DNA of 64,000 nucleotides, filler included, from Stramenopiles sp. TOSAG23-2 (GCA_900128395.1; 15 parts of 15 records of this genome joined end to end with filler, not necessarily neighbours in it), one strand, 5' to 3'. Shown: positions 48,501 to 61,521, counted from the first letter of the whole stretch. A program made the numbers and translations. Notes: generated by a model from the letters alone, not told the origin.

Positions 48501-49111
48501 AGGGAATATTGCGATTGCCCAAAATAATTTTATGATATTTTCCAACATCCAGATGCAATCAGGATCGCTGGAAAATATCTCAGTTATTTTAAGTAGCAGC
48601 AGTATTGCCATATGGACCTGGATCGATGCTTGTGTAACATGCAGAAGACTTGATAGAGAATTTAGGAGCCTAGATTAGGAGGTATTATATAGCGGAGTAT
48701 ACATGTGCTGTAGTCGATCAACGTGCTATGTTAATGCCATCGAATTTAGGACTTTGAGTTGTTAGGAGGAGGAATTTGGAATAAGTTGGAGGTAACAGAC
48801 AAATATTAGTTATGGAATAAATTGATTATCACTAGATTAAATAAATGTTTAGAGAGGGATTTTACATACACAGAGAAGAGGTTAGGGATGTTTTAATATC
48901 TTATAGGATGTTGAGAAAGATATTTAGGTATTAAGTGGATTAGAAAACAAAATTTTTTTTTTGTTTTGTTGATTGTTAAGTGAGAGTGAGTGGAAGTGGA
49001 CAGCACATCCGGTTGAGTCTCCGGACTTAGCTGGGTCCATAAAAGTTAAATGCCAATTAAAGTAACGTTGTTTATTATAGTTTAAGGGAATATTGCGATT
49101 GCCCAAAATAA
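45524..49111. mobile_element. Non-coding LTR-like element: 299-bp TG..CA direct repeats (45524-45822 and 48533-48831), a second repeated module (48248-48527, 48832-49111, partial after 45822) and an internal minisatellite
   Basis: The direct repeats begin TGATA and end TATCA. There is no long internal ORF. Confidence 0.6.
46477..47590. repeat. Complex higher-order minisatellite
   Basis: Recurrent ggatttagtt, catgggatagttgaca and acaaccagRatatacaccaWgggat modules. Confidence 0.9.
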
Positions 49112-49463
49112 ATGACTATTATATAGAAATGGTGAAATAAATTGAATTTTGAATTAAAATAAAAATAGAAAAATATAGAAACTATATATATTAGTAGTAC
49201 AGTATATATATACATTGAAAAATAGTATATATATATATATATATATAAATAATAAAAGAATGGCATCATCATCATCAAACAAGAAAGCATGTACGACATT
49301 GTCGTCCCTTACGGAAGAAGATAATACTATATTGGAACGTCTATTTGAAAAATATGGAAAATGNNNNNNNNNNNNNNNNNNNNNNNNNNNNNNNNNNNNN
49401 NNNNNNNTTAATTAATTAANNNNNNNNNNNNNNNNNNNNNNNNNNNNNNNNNNNNNNNNNNNN

Positions 49464-50742
49464 CCAGAAGGTATAAATTTTATATTTGCAATTGTTGAAA
49501 TCGCATTGTATACTTTTCCATATTTTTTAATATTAAAAACAAAAAAACAAAATGAATTTCAAGTTGACGATAGTGAGGAAAATGTCGACAATGGGGCAAT
49601 AAACAACAATAACAAGATTGGGGAACTAATTGCTCTTGATGGAAAAAAAGAGGAAGATGATGAGGATGGAATACAAGGCAACATTACTGAAGAGAAAGAT
49701 ACTGCTGATGTTGAATCTTCTAATTCTGATGATAATAATAATGATAATGAAAATATAATAAATTCACGTACGGTTCAATCATCAATGTAAAAAAAGAGGA
49801 AGATGATGAGGATGGAATACAAGGCAACATTACTGAAGAGAAAGATACTGCTGATGTTGAATCTTCTAATTCTGATGATAATAATAATGATAATGAAAAT
49901 ATAATAAATTCACGTACGGTTCAATCTTCAATGTACAATGTTTCCTTTTTTGAAGCGTTAGGTATGATTGAATTTTGGTGCTTATTTTTTATATTTTTTG
50001 GGGGAACTGGCGCAGCGTATATGACAATTAATAATCTTGCACAAATTAATTATTCTTTAGGTGGAACTTTAGTGAAAAAAAATTATCTAGTTATTTTGGT
50101 TGGTGTTTTCAATTGTATTGGACGAATTGTTATGGGTAACATCCAAGATGTTGTTGGTTCAAAATATGGCATTACACGTCCATTATTATGTTTAGTTGCT
50201 ATACTATGTGTTGGGGTTTCCCAAATTATTTTAGCATGGACAGATAATACTCCTGTTGGCGTATCATTGATGGCTTTTGGCTTTGGTAGCACATGGTGTT
50301 TGATCGGGCCTGTAAGTAACAACATTGTAGTATTATTAAAAACTATAAAACCTCTCTCTAACAATATACATCACTTATTCATATACTATATGTATGCTCC
50401 ACACAGGTTACTAGTGATATTGTCGGTCAAAAAGCATACGGTAAAATTTTCTCTGCTGTTAGCATGTCTGCAATGTTGAGTACAACAATATTCAATTCCG
50501 TCATTGCAGGTCCAGCATATGATCTTGCATATAGTGCTCAACCTGAAAATGAAACGAAAACATGTTGTGGGGGAGAATGCTACTTATCAGCACATATCAT
50601 TGCCGCGATGGTATCATTTGTAGTATCACTTGCACCTATCATCTTGTATTTTAGAACACGAAAATTTTATACATTTTTTTTTGCACAAAATAAATACCAA
50701 GATAGAAAACCAACTTTGTACAAACCATTAATTGAGCCATAA
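49464..50742 (+). CDS. MFS transporter (nodulin-like/NFD4/Mch1-like), 5'-truncated; intron 50312-50406; frame broken by a 146-bp duplication
   Basis: EFWCLFFIFFGGTG...INNLAQI...FNCIGRI..G...D. After splicing it reads VTSDIVGQKAYG. C-terminal CCGGECY. Confidence 0.85.
50312..50406 (+). other. Spliceosomal intron (95 nt, phase 0), diverged introner-like family member
   Basis: GTAAGTAA...cctctctctaaca...catcacttattcatatac...tatgctccacacag. Splicing joins ORFs 49931 and 50464 in frame. Confidence 0.88.
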
Positions 50743-51200
50743 GTTAATATTTTACCAACAGAGTATAATGATATTTTTATTATATTATATTTAAAATATT
50801 ATTTATATAATATATATGCATACGGTAAAAATAAACTCTTTGTTTTTATTATATATTTTATTTTTTATTTTAAAATTATTTTCGTAAAAATATAATATAT
50901 CATATAGAGAGCGCTGAGCTAAGAGTCAATGTAAAAATATCCACTGCTGCAAGATAGAAAACCAACTTTGTACAAACCATTAATTGAGCCATAAGTTAAT
51001 ATTTTACCAACAGAGTATAATGATATTTTTATTATATTATATTTAAAATATTATTTATATAATATATATGCATACGGTAAAAATAAACTCTTTGTTTTTA
51101 TTATATATTTTATTTTTTATTTTAAAATTATTTTCGTAAAAATATAATATATCATATAGAGAGCGCTGAGCTAAGAGTCAATGTAAAAATATCCACTGCT
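50699..51200. repeat. Tandem duplication (~252 bp x2) of the MFS gene 3' end and UTR
   Basis: aagatagaaaaccaactttg...ccactgctg is repeated. Confidence 0.9.
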
Positions 51201-51237
51201 GTGTCAGTGTTAATTTAAGGTAAAAATTCACTACATA

Positions 51238-53253
51238 TATTATACATATAAATAGCAGTGTAGACGAGCGCAGAAGATGCGTAGTAGGGGAATAGCATGG
51301 GAATCATATGAGGAGAGTGAAACCATATATTCAGTCATAATTATTATAAATAAAGCGGGGCGCCTGGAAACATATATATATATAGATATATATATGTAAG
51401 AGGAAGTGGGAGAGATAGATATAAAGAAAGCCAGATGGAAGTTTTCGAATATGCATGGATGCAAGAAAGTTAAACGAACTGACAGTTAAAGACGCATATC
51501 CAGTACACAACGCACAAGAGAATTTGGAGAAGTTAGGGGGTAGTATTCTATTCAGTGCAATGGATTTATTAAGCGGATTTTGGCAAATTAATTTAGACGA
51601 TGAACCATCAACATGAATAATAAACGGTTTCGTCATGTCTGGATGCATCATTACTGTATCTGATGTTAGTACCTGCTTAACTTTTTCGAAAGCTTGACTT
51701 TGTTCGCGCCCCCACATCTCATTAAATTCATCGTTCGCGTGAATGTTTGCGGAGCATTGCAAAGACCCATAGGCATGACTACGTGTTCAAATAATCCATA
51801 CGGTGTCGCTACTGCCGTTTTCTGTTTTGAATAATAAAGCACTGGAAAGAGCAAGACAAAGAAGAGCAGAACAAGACGCGCTAGGAAGACGAAATAGTAC
51901 ACGAATTAGAAAGGAACCAGAAAGATTAATAGAAGTAAACTCAATAAATTTAACAGCAGAAGCATTGACCCGAGATAGTGAAGAATTAGAATATTATTAT
52001 CGTTACCACGACGTAGGACACATAATAAAAGAGGTGTTGCAAAGTACAAATATATACAAATAAGGGTAGGTAAAGACTTATAAATAACTAACACGAAAGT
52101 TAATATTTACACAATGCAGTGTTTTAATAGGAAATTTTTGTAAACTACCAACTACGGTGCTCTTTTTGTACTCGCATGGAGCAGATCGTTTTACAGCGTT
52201 TTTTTTAACGAAAAACAGTATACTTACAAGTAACAACATGTGTTGATAGGGCATTGATAACGAGCAAAGTTATAGTCTATCACTGTCTTGATAGGAAACA
52301 ACAAATAACAGGTAATAAAGACGAAACACGGAAGTTTGTAAACAAATTCCTAGAAAAGCAGGGAGATAGTGCTATAGAAGATAGTGCTAGTAACGAGAAG
52401 AAGAAAAGTATTAAGAGAAGAAGAGGAAGAAAAGAGAAGAAGTCGAAGAGGTCTGCGTAAATGCATTTCTGCACCTTTTGTACCCACAGGGTTTTGGTGT
52501 TCAGTTTTAGTCGGTAGTGAATTATTCGAGTCCGACAGTACCTAGAGTTAACAATGTGTTTCTTTTTCTTAATAATTATTCCGACAAAATAATAATAATT
52601 CCTGGACATTAATGTACCAGAAGCCCACAAAAGTAGTGGAAGACGCAGGAGGCGTAGGAGAAGAGAAGAAGTAGAATTAATAATAATAAACCCACAAATT
52701 CTTAATAATTATTCCGACAAAATAATAATAATTCCTGGACATTAATGTACCAGAAGCCCACAAAAGTAGTGGAAGACGCAGGAGGCGTAGGAGAAGAGAA
52801 GAAGTAGAATTAATAATAATAAACCCACAAAAGTAGTGGAAGACGTAGGAGACGTAGAGAAAGTAGAGAAGAGATTAAATATTAGAAAGTAAAGAAAGTA
52901 GAGAAGAAATTAAATATTAGAAAGTAGAGAAAGAATAGAATAGTAAATAGCGCAGAAGAGAAAGCAGAATATGTACGACCTAATCGGAGACGTCTGATTG
53001 GAGGAGTCATAAACATACATTCAAACGAACGTTTATTAATAAAGTTCTAGAAAGGAAGAGAGGTAGTATTATACATATAAATAGCAGTGTAGACGAGCGC
53101 AGAAGATGCGTAGTAGGGGAATAGCATGGGAATCATATGAGGAGAGTGAAACCATATATTCGGTCATAATTATTATAAATAAAGCGGGGCGCCTGGAAAC
53201 ATATATATATATAGATATATATATGTAAGAGGAAGTGGGAGAGATAGATATAA
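51238..53253 (+). mobile_element. Degenerate, rearranged Ty3/gypsy LTR retrotransposon
   Basis: ~187-bp direct repeats (51238-51424 and 53067-53253). Polypurine tract gaaaggaagagagg immediately before the right copy. RT peptide KPDGSFRICMDARKLNELTVKDAYP...MDLLSGFWQI on +, and [22 protein letters not shown] plus the RT-RNaseH linker on -. Confidence 0.9.
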
Positions 53254-53620
53254 AATATATAGACGATCTGAGAGAACTAATAATATAATAACTATATAGC
53301 GTAAACACGTACTATACTAATCACATACCAAGAAGAATAACTAGACCAAATACATAATTACACTTTATTTCTCATTGTTTTAGCCCTTCAAAGTCGTTTG
53401 AAATGCTTCATGGAAGTGTGTACGACACACATGTTTTACACAAAAAATTATGAAAAAATGATATCTGTGCGTTTAAACTTCATTAATATGTTCACTAAGT
53501 ATGTATATTTGAAATATGAACTAACATTAACTCACAACATACAACAATAATAGTGTTTTATATGGAATTATGTGGTACGACCATCAATTTTTTCGTCTGA
53601 GGGACACATTTGCCAAAAAT

Positions 53621-53807
53621 AGACAAACATGCCAAAAATGTGCTAGTTTTTCACGTTTTACGGATTTATGCGGGAAAAAATCGAAAAACAAAAAATGTAG
53701 CCACATGGGGAAGCAGTTTCCCTGTGGCTACATTTTTCTTTTTTTGAAATTTTTTTTTCCAAATTCGTAAAACGTGAAAAACTAGCACATTTTTGACATG
53801 GTTGTCT
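53621..53807. repeat. Long imperfect palindrome (about 90-bp arms)
   Basis: aaaaatgtgctagtttttcacgttttacg / cgtaaaacgtgaaaaactagcacattttt and atgtagccaca / tgtggctacat form nested pairs. Confidence 0.88.
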
Positions 53808-54339
53808 CAAAAAGAGAGTAAATGAATGACTNNNNNNNNNNNNNNNNNNNNNNNNNNNNNNNNNNNNNNNNNNNNTTAATTAATTAANNNNNNNNNNNNN
53901 NNNNNNNNNNNNNNNNNNNNNNNNNNNNNNNTGGACCACCCATCCCCAAGTGAGCTTGGGGATTAAGGATATTTTTCAGGATTCCGCTGCACTACACTCA
54001 GACTGATGGTATTCCTATATTATATTTATATTAGAACTATAACTTAGATTTTAACCATCCTAATAATATAATTAATAATTAGAATAATATTGGCCAATTC
54101 ATGATATTCTTCATTTTCATTTTTTTTATTTATATTTTCTTTTTTATTTTAAAGCGATAAAACTTTTCAGAACAGGGAACAGGAAGAATATAATTTTATA
54201 ATTTTTAAATACCTTCACACCCTTCTCTGGAATATGATCTATAATCCTTCCTACTCCTCCTACTAATATGATATGCATGTAAAAATGATATAATTATTAA
54301 AACGGTTCGTATTTTTTTCAAAATGAACTCCTCTCTAAT

Positions 54340-56121
54340 TTAATGTTCTTGACTCCATTGGATGCTTTTTAAATCAATGCCTTCTTGCACCATTTCCCAT
54401 AATGGACTCATTTCTCTTAAACGATTGATATGTTTGACACATAAATCAACTGCAAAATCAATCTCTTCCTTTGTAGTAAAACGTCCAATACCAAAACGTA
54501 TTGATGTATGGGCTAATTCTTCATCTACGCCTATTGCACGTAACACATATGATGGTTCCAAAGATGCGCTAGTACATGCACTACCACTACTAACTGCGAT
54601 ATTTTTAATTGCCATCAACATACTTTCACCTTCGACATATGCAAAGGATAGATTTAAATTCCCAGGATAACGATGTTCTTTATCCCCATTCAATATGACC
54701 TCGTCCACTTGCGAGGTTATTCCATTGTATAAACGATCACTTAAATAACTAACCCATTGGTGGTCACTTTCCATATCTTCCATTGCTACTTCACATGCTT
54801 TGCCAAATCCAACACATAATGGTGGTGCCAATGTACCACTACGTAAACCACGTTCTTGGCCACCACCATTCATAATTGGCTCCATACGTACACGTGGGCG
54901 CCTGCGTACATATATCGCACCAATTCCTTTTGGGCCATAGACTTTATGCCCACTAATAGACATGCAATCAATTTTCATATCGTCCACATCAACGGGCATT
55001 TTACCGACCATTTGTGCGCAATCGCTATGAAAAAATACTTTTCTAGATCGACACATTTCCCCAATCTCCTTCAATGGTTGTACTACACCAATTTCATTGT
55101 GTACCCCCATGACGGAGACTAAACTTGTATCTGGCCTAAATGCAGTTTCTAAATCTTTTAAATCGATTAAACCATTTGTTTTCACTGGTAAATATGTCAC
55201 TTCGTATCCTTCTGTTTCCAATTGCCTGCATGAATCCAATACACATTTATGCTCCGTTTGCGTTGTGATAATGTGTTTTTTACGATCACCATAAAAACGT
55301 GCAATTCCTTTGATTGCCATATTATTTGATTCAGTCGCACCAGAAGTAAAAATAATTTCCTTTGCATCACAATTAATTAAATTTGCAACTTGTTCTCTTG
55401 CTCGTTCAACGCTTGTCTCTGCATCCCATCCATATTCGTCTGTATATATATAATTTTATTGAATGGTGTATGTGTTAGTTATTTTTAATGTTATGTTTTA
55501 ACTTTTATGAAGATTATGTTGCTTAAACTTACGTGTACGACTATGCGGATTACCAAAACGTTGCATATACATTGGCATCATTGCATCTAATACTCTTGGA
55601 TCCATTGGTGTTGTTGCTTGATTATCTAAATATGATGCAATGCCTGGTAAGAAACCATCTTTAATCGAAAATTCTGATGTGTAATCCTATGTGTGTGTGT
55701 GTTTTAATATAATGACATGTATAATCAATATAACATGTTAGTTGGGATGTTTATTTATTTTAAAGTGTTACAAATTAATATTGTGTTTTGTATTTGTATT
55801 TATGTCTATAGATGAATAAAATGATATATATCTATATCTGTATGTGTGTGTGCGTGTGTGTGTGTACACGTGGTAAACAAGATAACTTACTTGTTGTAAT
55901 AAACTATCTGGTGCATCCATTGTTGCTTGATAACGTTTATCTGTTTCCATTTGTTCATGAGACATAGATGCGCGTGGTTCATTTGATATGGTACTGCTGC
56001 TGCTGCTACTACTACTACTACTACTACTGCTTGATGCGAAACTATTAAAATGAAAATGATTATTATTATTATAAATGGCTGTTCTTTTTGTTGTTGATGT
56101 AATAAAACGACGTAATAACAT
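54340..56121 (-). CDS. NFS1: Mitochondrial cysteine desulfurase; exons 56121-55891, 55686-55533 and 55439-54340
   Basis: [39 protein letters not shown] and [17 protein letters not shown] motifs. Mitochondrial presequence. Two GT-AG introns restore the frame. Confidence 0.97.
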
Positions 56122-57497
56122 GTTTGAAATCTTGATTTTTGTTTTTTTATATTGTGTGTATTATGTTTTATTGTATTGTATATAGTATGCCTTTTACTAT
56201 ATGATATGATATATATATATGTATATCTTTCTTTTTAATGAAGAATCGAATAATATATTATATCTCACAAACTAAGATTTCTAGAGATATTAAATATAAA
56301 ATTAATAACAATTATTTTAATAATTTGATTAATTTCAACAAAAAAAAAAAATTAAATTCTCTTGAGAAAAAAAATGTAATAATAATAATATATATCTACG
56401 TGTTAACAAATTATGACTATATATATATATATAAATTGTGTGATATGTATTCGATATATCTAATTATTCCTATAGTTTGCCATGTATCCCTGCAGCTGTG
56501 CAGATGGATCTTCTATTTTGATGAATTTTCGACGTACGAAGAACTTTTGTGCCGTGCCTTGAAGATCCAGGAGAATACTATTGTATTGTACTTTAAAATA
56601 TTAATTATCCTATCAAGTAGACAAATCAGCATATCACATGGCCCGACATTCCAATACTCCCTTTTTTAAAGGTTTTTATATTATAAAAAATATCATATAA
56701 ACAACTAGTATATTAACGTTAAAATTATTTATACATATTGGATATATTGATATAAAAATAGAAGATTAGTCTTTTAACCGTCTTAAAACCCGACAGAAAA
56801 TCAAACCAATATCAGTGTAATAAGTGGATTTCAGATTTCATTAAATGTTTCAAAAGATTAAGATAAAAAATTCTCTTACTTAAAGATTAAGATATATGAT
56901 GGTTAATGTTTTTCAAAATATACGCTCGTATTGGTTAAAATCTAAGTTATAATAGTTTCAAATAATATTATATGTGTTTCAAAATATAAAATGGTACCCT
57001 GGTATAATAATATTATATATTTTAATACAATGTATATTATATTATATCTGTACTTTTTTTCCGGAAATTTGTTTTATTTTTAGATATTTTTAGACATGTT
57101 AATGTTGGAAAACCTATAAATTCCTCCAAGTTTTATATACCTCTCGCCTCTCGTAGCGTTTTAGCTGGTTAGCCGCGTTCTTCGCTGCGCTCATAATTTA
57201 AGAATTGAAGAGATAAATACGTACAAAAATACAAAAGCGGTGTAAAATTACTATATTTGTTGTAAATTTTAAAAAAATGCGAACTGACAATGTGTGTGCG
57301 TGCGTACTGTTTTAACACTGGTAATGTACTTTTTTCAAATACCACTTTTTCCCATCTCATATTCATTTTAATCTTTTATATATCTATACGAACACTTTGT
57401 AAATTTAAAAATCCAAAATTGTGTCTCTCTCCATAATATCCTTCCACGTGTACAGCAGGATTGTGTATACGAAATGTTGCTATCTCGTCGTGAAAAA

Positions 57498-58292
57498 TCA
57501 ATCATCCCCATCATCATCATAAGTTTTTGGTTCTTGTGGTTCTAAATCTTCACCATATTGTATACAATGATCGCAATGATGAAATACTTTTTCAACTGTA
57601 TCATCATCATTGATATTTAAACTAACAAAACTAACCATACTATATTCTTCAATTAATGTTGCAATTGCATGGTTTAAATGTTGATATCGTGTTGATGTAC
57701 TTTTATTTAACATGGAAAGGATTAAATTCTTTTGTGGATATAAATATTTTTCTAACATTTCTTCTTTTTCTTTTGTATCAATCAAATCGCATTTTGTAAT
57801 GACATTGATATGTGGTAATTCCAACGATGCCATTGAACTTAATGCACACATAGTACCTGATAAAAATTTACTTGCATCATCTATAAATAATGAATCAATT
57901 AAATAGACACCACATAATTTAACATCGCAATGTTGTACAATATGTTGCAAGATTGTTTTCATAATTGGTACGTGTGAAAACAATTCGATTTGTCCTGGGC
58001 AATCAAATAAAAAATACGCATCGGAGCTAAACGAATCCAATTCTTCCTCTAACCATGATGATAGATTATTTGCTAAATATTCCATGCAATACATTAAACC
58101 ACCATTTGGTCCTAAATTTAATTCTTCCATAACATCTTCTACACTTATTAATTCTTTAATATCGACGTCTACTTTATAATTGAATACTTCCGCTGCTGGA
58201 TCTAAATTGACAATATGAACCGTGCGTTTTACCACTTCCGCATGTTCTTGTATGTATTTACAATACGTGGATTTTCCAACACCTGCTGGGCC
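57498..58292 (-). CDS. GPN3: GPN-loop GTPase 3, 5'-truncated
   Basis: GPAGVGKSTYC, VNLDPAAE, LGPNGGL, DCPGQIELF and IQYGEDLEP motifs. Confidence 0.93.
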   Translation of the reverse strand, partial: GPAGVGKSTYCKYIQEHAEVVKRTVHIVNLDPAAEVFNYKVDVDIKELISVEDVMEELNLGPNGGLMYCMEYLANNLSSWLEEELDSFSSDAYFLFDCPGQIELFSHVPIMKTILQHIVQHCDVKLCGVYLIDSLFIDDASKFLSGTMCALSSMASLELPHINVITKCDLIDTKEKEEMLEKYLYPQKNLILSMLNKSTSTRYQHLNHAIATLIEEYSMVSFVSLNINDDDTVEKVFHHCDHCIQYGEDLEPQEPKTYDDDGDD

Positions 58293-58392
58293 NNNNNNNN
58301 NNNNNNNNNNNNNNNNNNNNNNNNNNNNNNNNNNNNTTAATTAATTAANNNNNNNNNNNNNNNNNNNNNNNNNNNNNNNNNNNNNNNNNNNN

Positions 58393-58642
58393 TTATGTGC
58401 ACCACTTGTGAAAAAAGCTTTTCCAAAAAGGGATTGAAATTATATATAATGTATAATATTACGTGCGACGAATATTTTAGAGAGGAGTAATTGTCATATA
58501 TGGCATTTTGTGTTGTGTTTTAACGAACTTCGTACGTAGTATAAAATGTACACATGTACACACACACATAAAAACTCTTTCAGTTCCCTGTGAATACACT
58601 TAATATAACATTTTAAATACGCGTAATTCTTCACACGCGCCT

Positions 58643-58681
<39 letters not shown>

Positions 58682-58746
58682 TACTATGAATCCGTCGTAT
58701 CATTTTCCTCATCATCAGATGTACTCGTATTCATATTCTCATTCTT
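58393..58746. repeat. Left arm of a diverged ~350-bp inverted repeat (partner 62407-62750)
   Basis: The reverse complement aligns with 62407-62750, with substitutions and indels. Confidence 0.92.
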
Positions 58747-60813
58747 ATCATTACTAACTTTACTTAATGGAACACCTGCTCTTCGTAATAATGAACGTAC
58801 TGTACCAGCTAATCCAATCATATTTAATCCTACTAATAAATATTGTACGATTATGATCAATATAGGTCGTAATGAATTCATCCATTCAGATTCACGTACT
58901 TTTTTATCTTGAAAATCATCAATACTATTTTTCAATAATGTTCTATATTGCAATCGCATATCAAATACTTCTTTTGTACCTTTCGTTACACGTGATTTGA
59001 TTAAATTAGATTGAACTCGTATTTCTTCACGACTTTTTCTTAAATTATCTTGTCCATAATTTTTAACAACTATTTGAAAATGATCTAATTTATCTTTATA
59101 ATTATCGATATCATTTCGTACTTTTTCTTTCATACGATCAATGTAATTATTATATTCATCTAATATTTTATGTAAACGTGCTATACGTTCTTCCTCTTCT
59201 TGTAATAATAATTCAAAATCTTTTTCTGCCATTTTTGATAAATTTGATGAAGATGTTCTACGACTGATTGTACCAGTATATTTCTCCGTATTATTTACTA
59301 AAATATTTTTATGTTTGTTCCGTTTTCTATTTTTCCTAGCTCTGCGTTCTAATAATTTTATTAATAATTCTTCTTCTACTTTATCTAATTTACCATTTGT
59401 TGATTGTAACCATGGTTTAGGTTCATCTTTTATATTATTATTTTTATTTTTCAAAGTACTTCTTGTAATAATAATTCAAAATCTTTTTCTGCCATTTTTG
59501 ATAAATTTGATGAAGATGTTCTACGACTGATTGTACCAGTATATTTCTCCGTATTATTTACTAAAATATTTTTATGTTTGTTCCGTTTTCTATTTTTCCT
59601 AGCTCTACGTTCTAACAATTTTATTAATAATTCTTCTTCTACTTTATCTAATTTACCATTTGTTGATTGTAACCATGGTTTAGGTTCATCTTTTATATTA
59701 TTATTTTTATTTTTCAATTTATATGCTTTTACCTTTGCTGCTTTTACGGAATAATATAATAATAATTCTTCTTCTACTTTATCTAATTTACCATTTGTTG
59801 ATTGTAACCATGGTTTAGGTTCATCTTTTATATTATTATTTTTATTTTTCAATTTATATGCTTTTACCTTTGCTGCTTTTACGGAATAATATAAATCAAA
59901 TTGCGAACCATATGGTAAATTTACTGGAACAAATGCATCTCGTTTACGTGTATTGGATGATTTAGAACTATAAAATTTAAATCGATATTTATATTCATCC
60001 ATTGGTGTAAATATACATTTCTTATATGCAGATAAAGTATGTTTTGCAACTTTTTTATAAGATTTATCTTCTTGATTACTAATTCTAGCATAGGCAACAC
60101 AATAAATTGAAAAATCACATGGGTTTTTCAATAAAATTTGTGTAGGTCGATCGCGTGTATCTGATATAATAAATTTATTAGCATAGCTTGGGTTGTTATT
60201 GATGTTATTATTGTTATCTAACTGTTGAATATGTTCACTAACTTGTTTTGCAGCTTCTCTTGTGACAATTGCTTCATCAAAATTGTTGTTATTGTTGTTA
60301 TTATTATCATAAACATTTCTACCATATTTTATTTCAATTATTTGTCGCAGCTTCTCTTGTGACAATTGCTTCATCAAAATTGTTGTTATTGTTGTTATTA
60401 TTATCATAAACATTTCTACCATATTTTATTTCAATTATTTGTCGACTATTATTGAATGATGATAAAGAAGAAATATTGACATTATTATTATTATTGTTAT
60501 TGTTATTCTTGTCATTGTGGTTATTATTTTCGATATGTAATGGCATTGTATTTGTGGGCAATTGACCATCGATATGATAAGAACTTCTTCTTACAGCTTT
60601 ATTACGTCCTCCCCTTCCTCTTACATGTTTTCCATTTTTGTTATTATTATTATTTTCTTCCTCTATTCCTTTATTGGATAGCCATGCACGTACAGAATTA
60701 TTATCTTTCAAATTATTATCATTGTTATTAATATTCATTTTTTTTTTTTTCAACTTTTTTGTACTAACAATGGTGGTATTATTTTTAATATTATTTAAAC
60801 CAATTATATACAT
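58684..60813 (-). CDS. Hypothetical Asn-rich coiled-coil protein with a C-terminal TM; one gene broken into three ORFs by local duplications
   Basis: ORFs 60334-60813, 59451-60422 and 58684-59454 share duplicated peptides at their junctions. Confidence 0.65.
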
Positions 60814-61521
60814 ACATATATATATATATACGTATAAAAACGTCTTACTCTACAACAATTAATAATATTATAGATGATGATGATGGATGTTTTCATATAT
60901 CTATCTATCTGTATCTATCTACAGACAGTATCTATGTATGTATGTTAGTCTGCGTCGTCAGACTCTTTCGAATATGTATGTTTACACAGAGATACATCTC
61001 ATTCATCAGGTTAAGGTATAATAGCTAAAAAATCATTTTTTTGTGCACTGGGTGCAATGCTATTTGTATAGTAAAGTGATTTTATACTTATTAGACTAGT
61101 TATCATCGTGCGTGTGAAGTGTGTAGCGCAATGCTATTTGTATAGTAAAGTGATATTTTATACTTATTAGACTAGTTATCATCGTGTGTAGCGCAATGCT
61201 ATTTGTATATTAAAGTGACAATATCCCGACTGTCGGATATGCTTATAAATTCAATGTTATCTCTCCATATGGCTTTTTGCAACCTTTTTTTTGTGTCTTT
61301 CATTATATAGCACCTATACATACATTTCAATATTAATATCCATTTTTGTTTGCTGCTTTCTTTGTATCCTTTGCGACACCTTTACCACGTATAGATACGT
61401 CACCGAGACTATCTCTCCCTTCCAACGATATTTTGGATATATATACATTACATTATTGTCCATTTACATCGGAAGAAAGTAATATATATATATATTTCTT
61501 TTATATTGAAACATATTTATA

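Noticed and set aside
43591-56121. Apparent sulfur-metabolism cluster (class-V lyase near NFS1), and ubiquitin genes (RBR-like, HECT, ZnF-UBP) close together
   Set aside because: The genes are on different contigs joined arbitrarily, so there is no real linkage.
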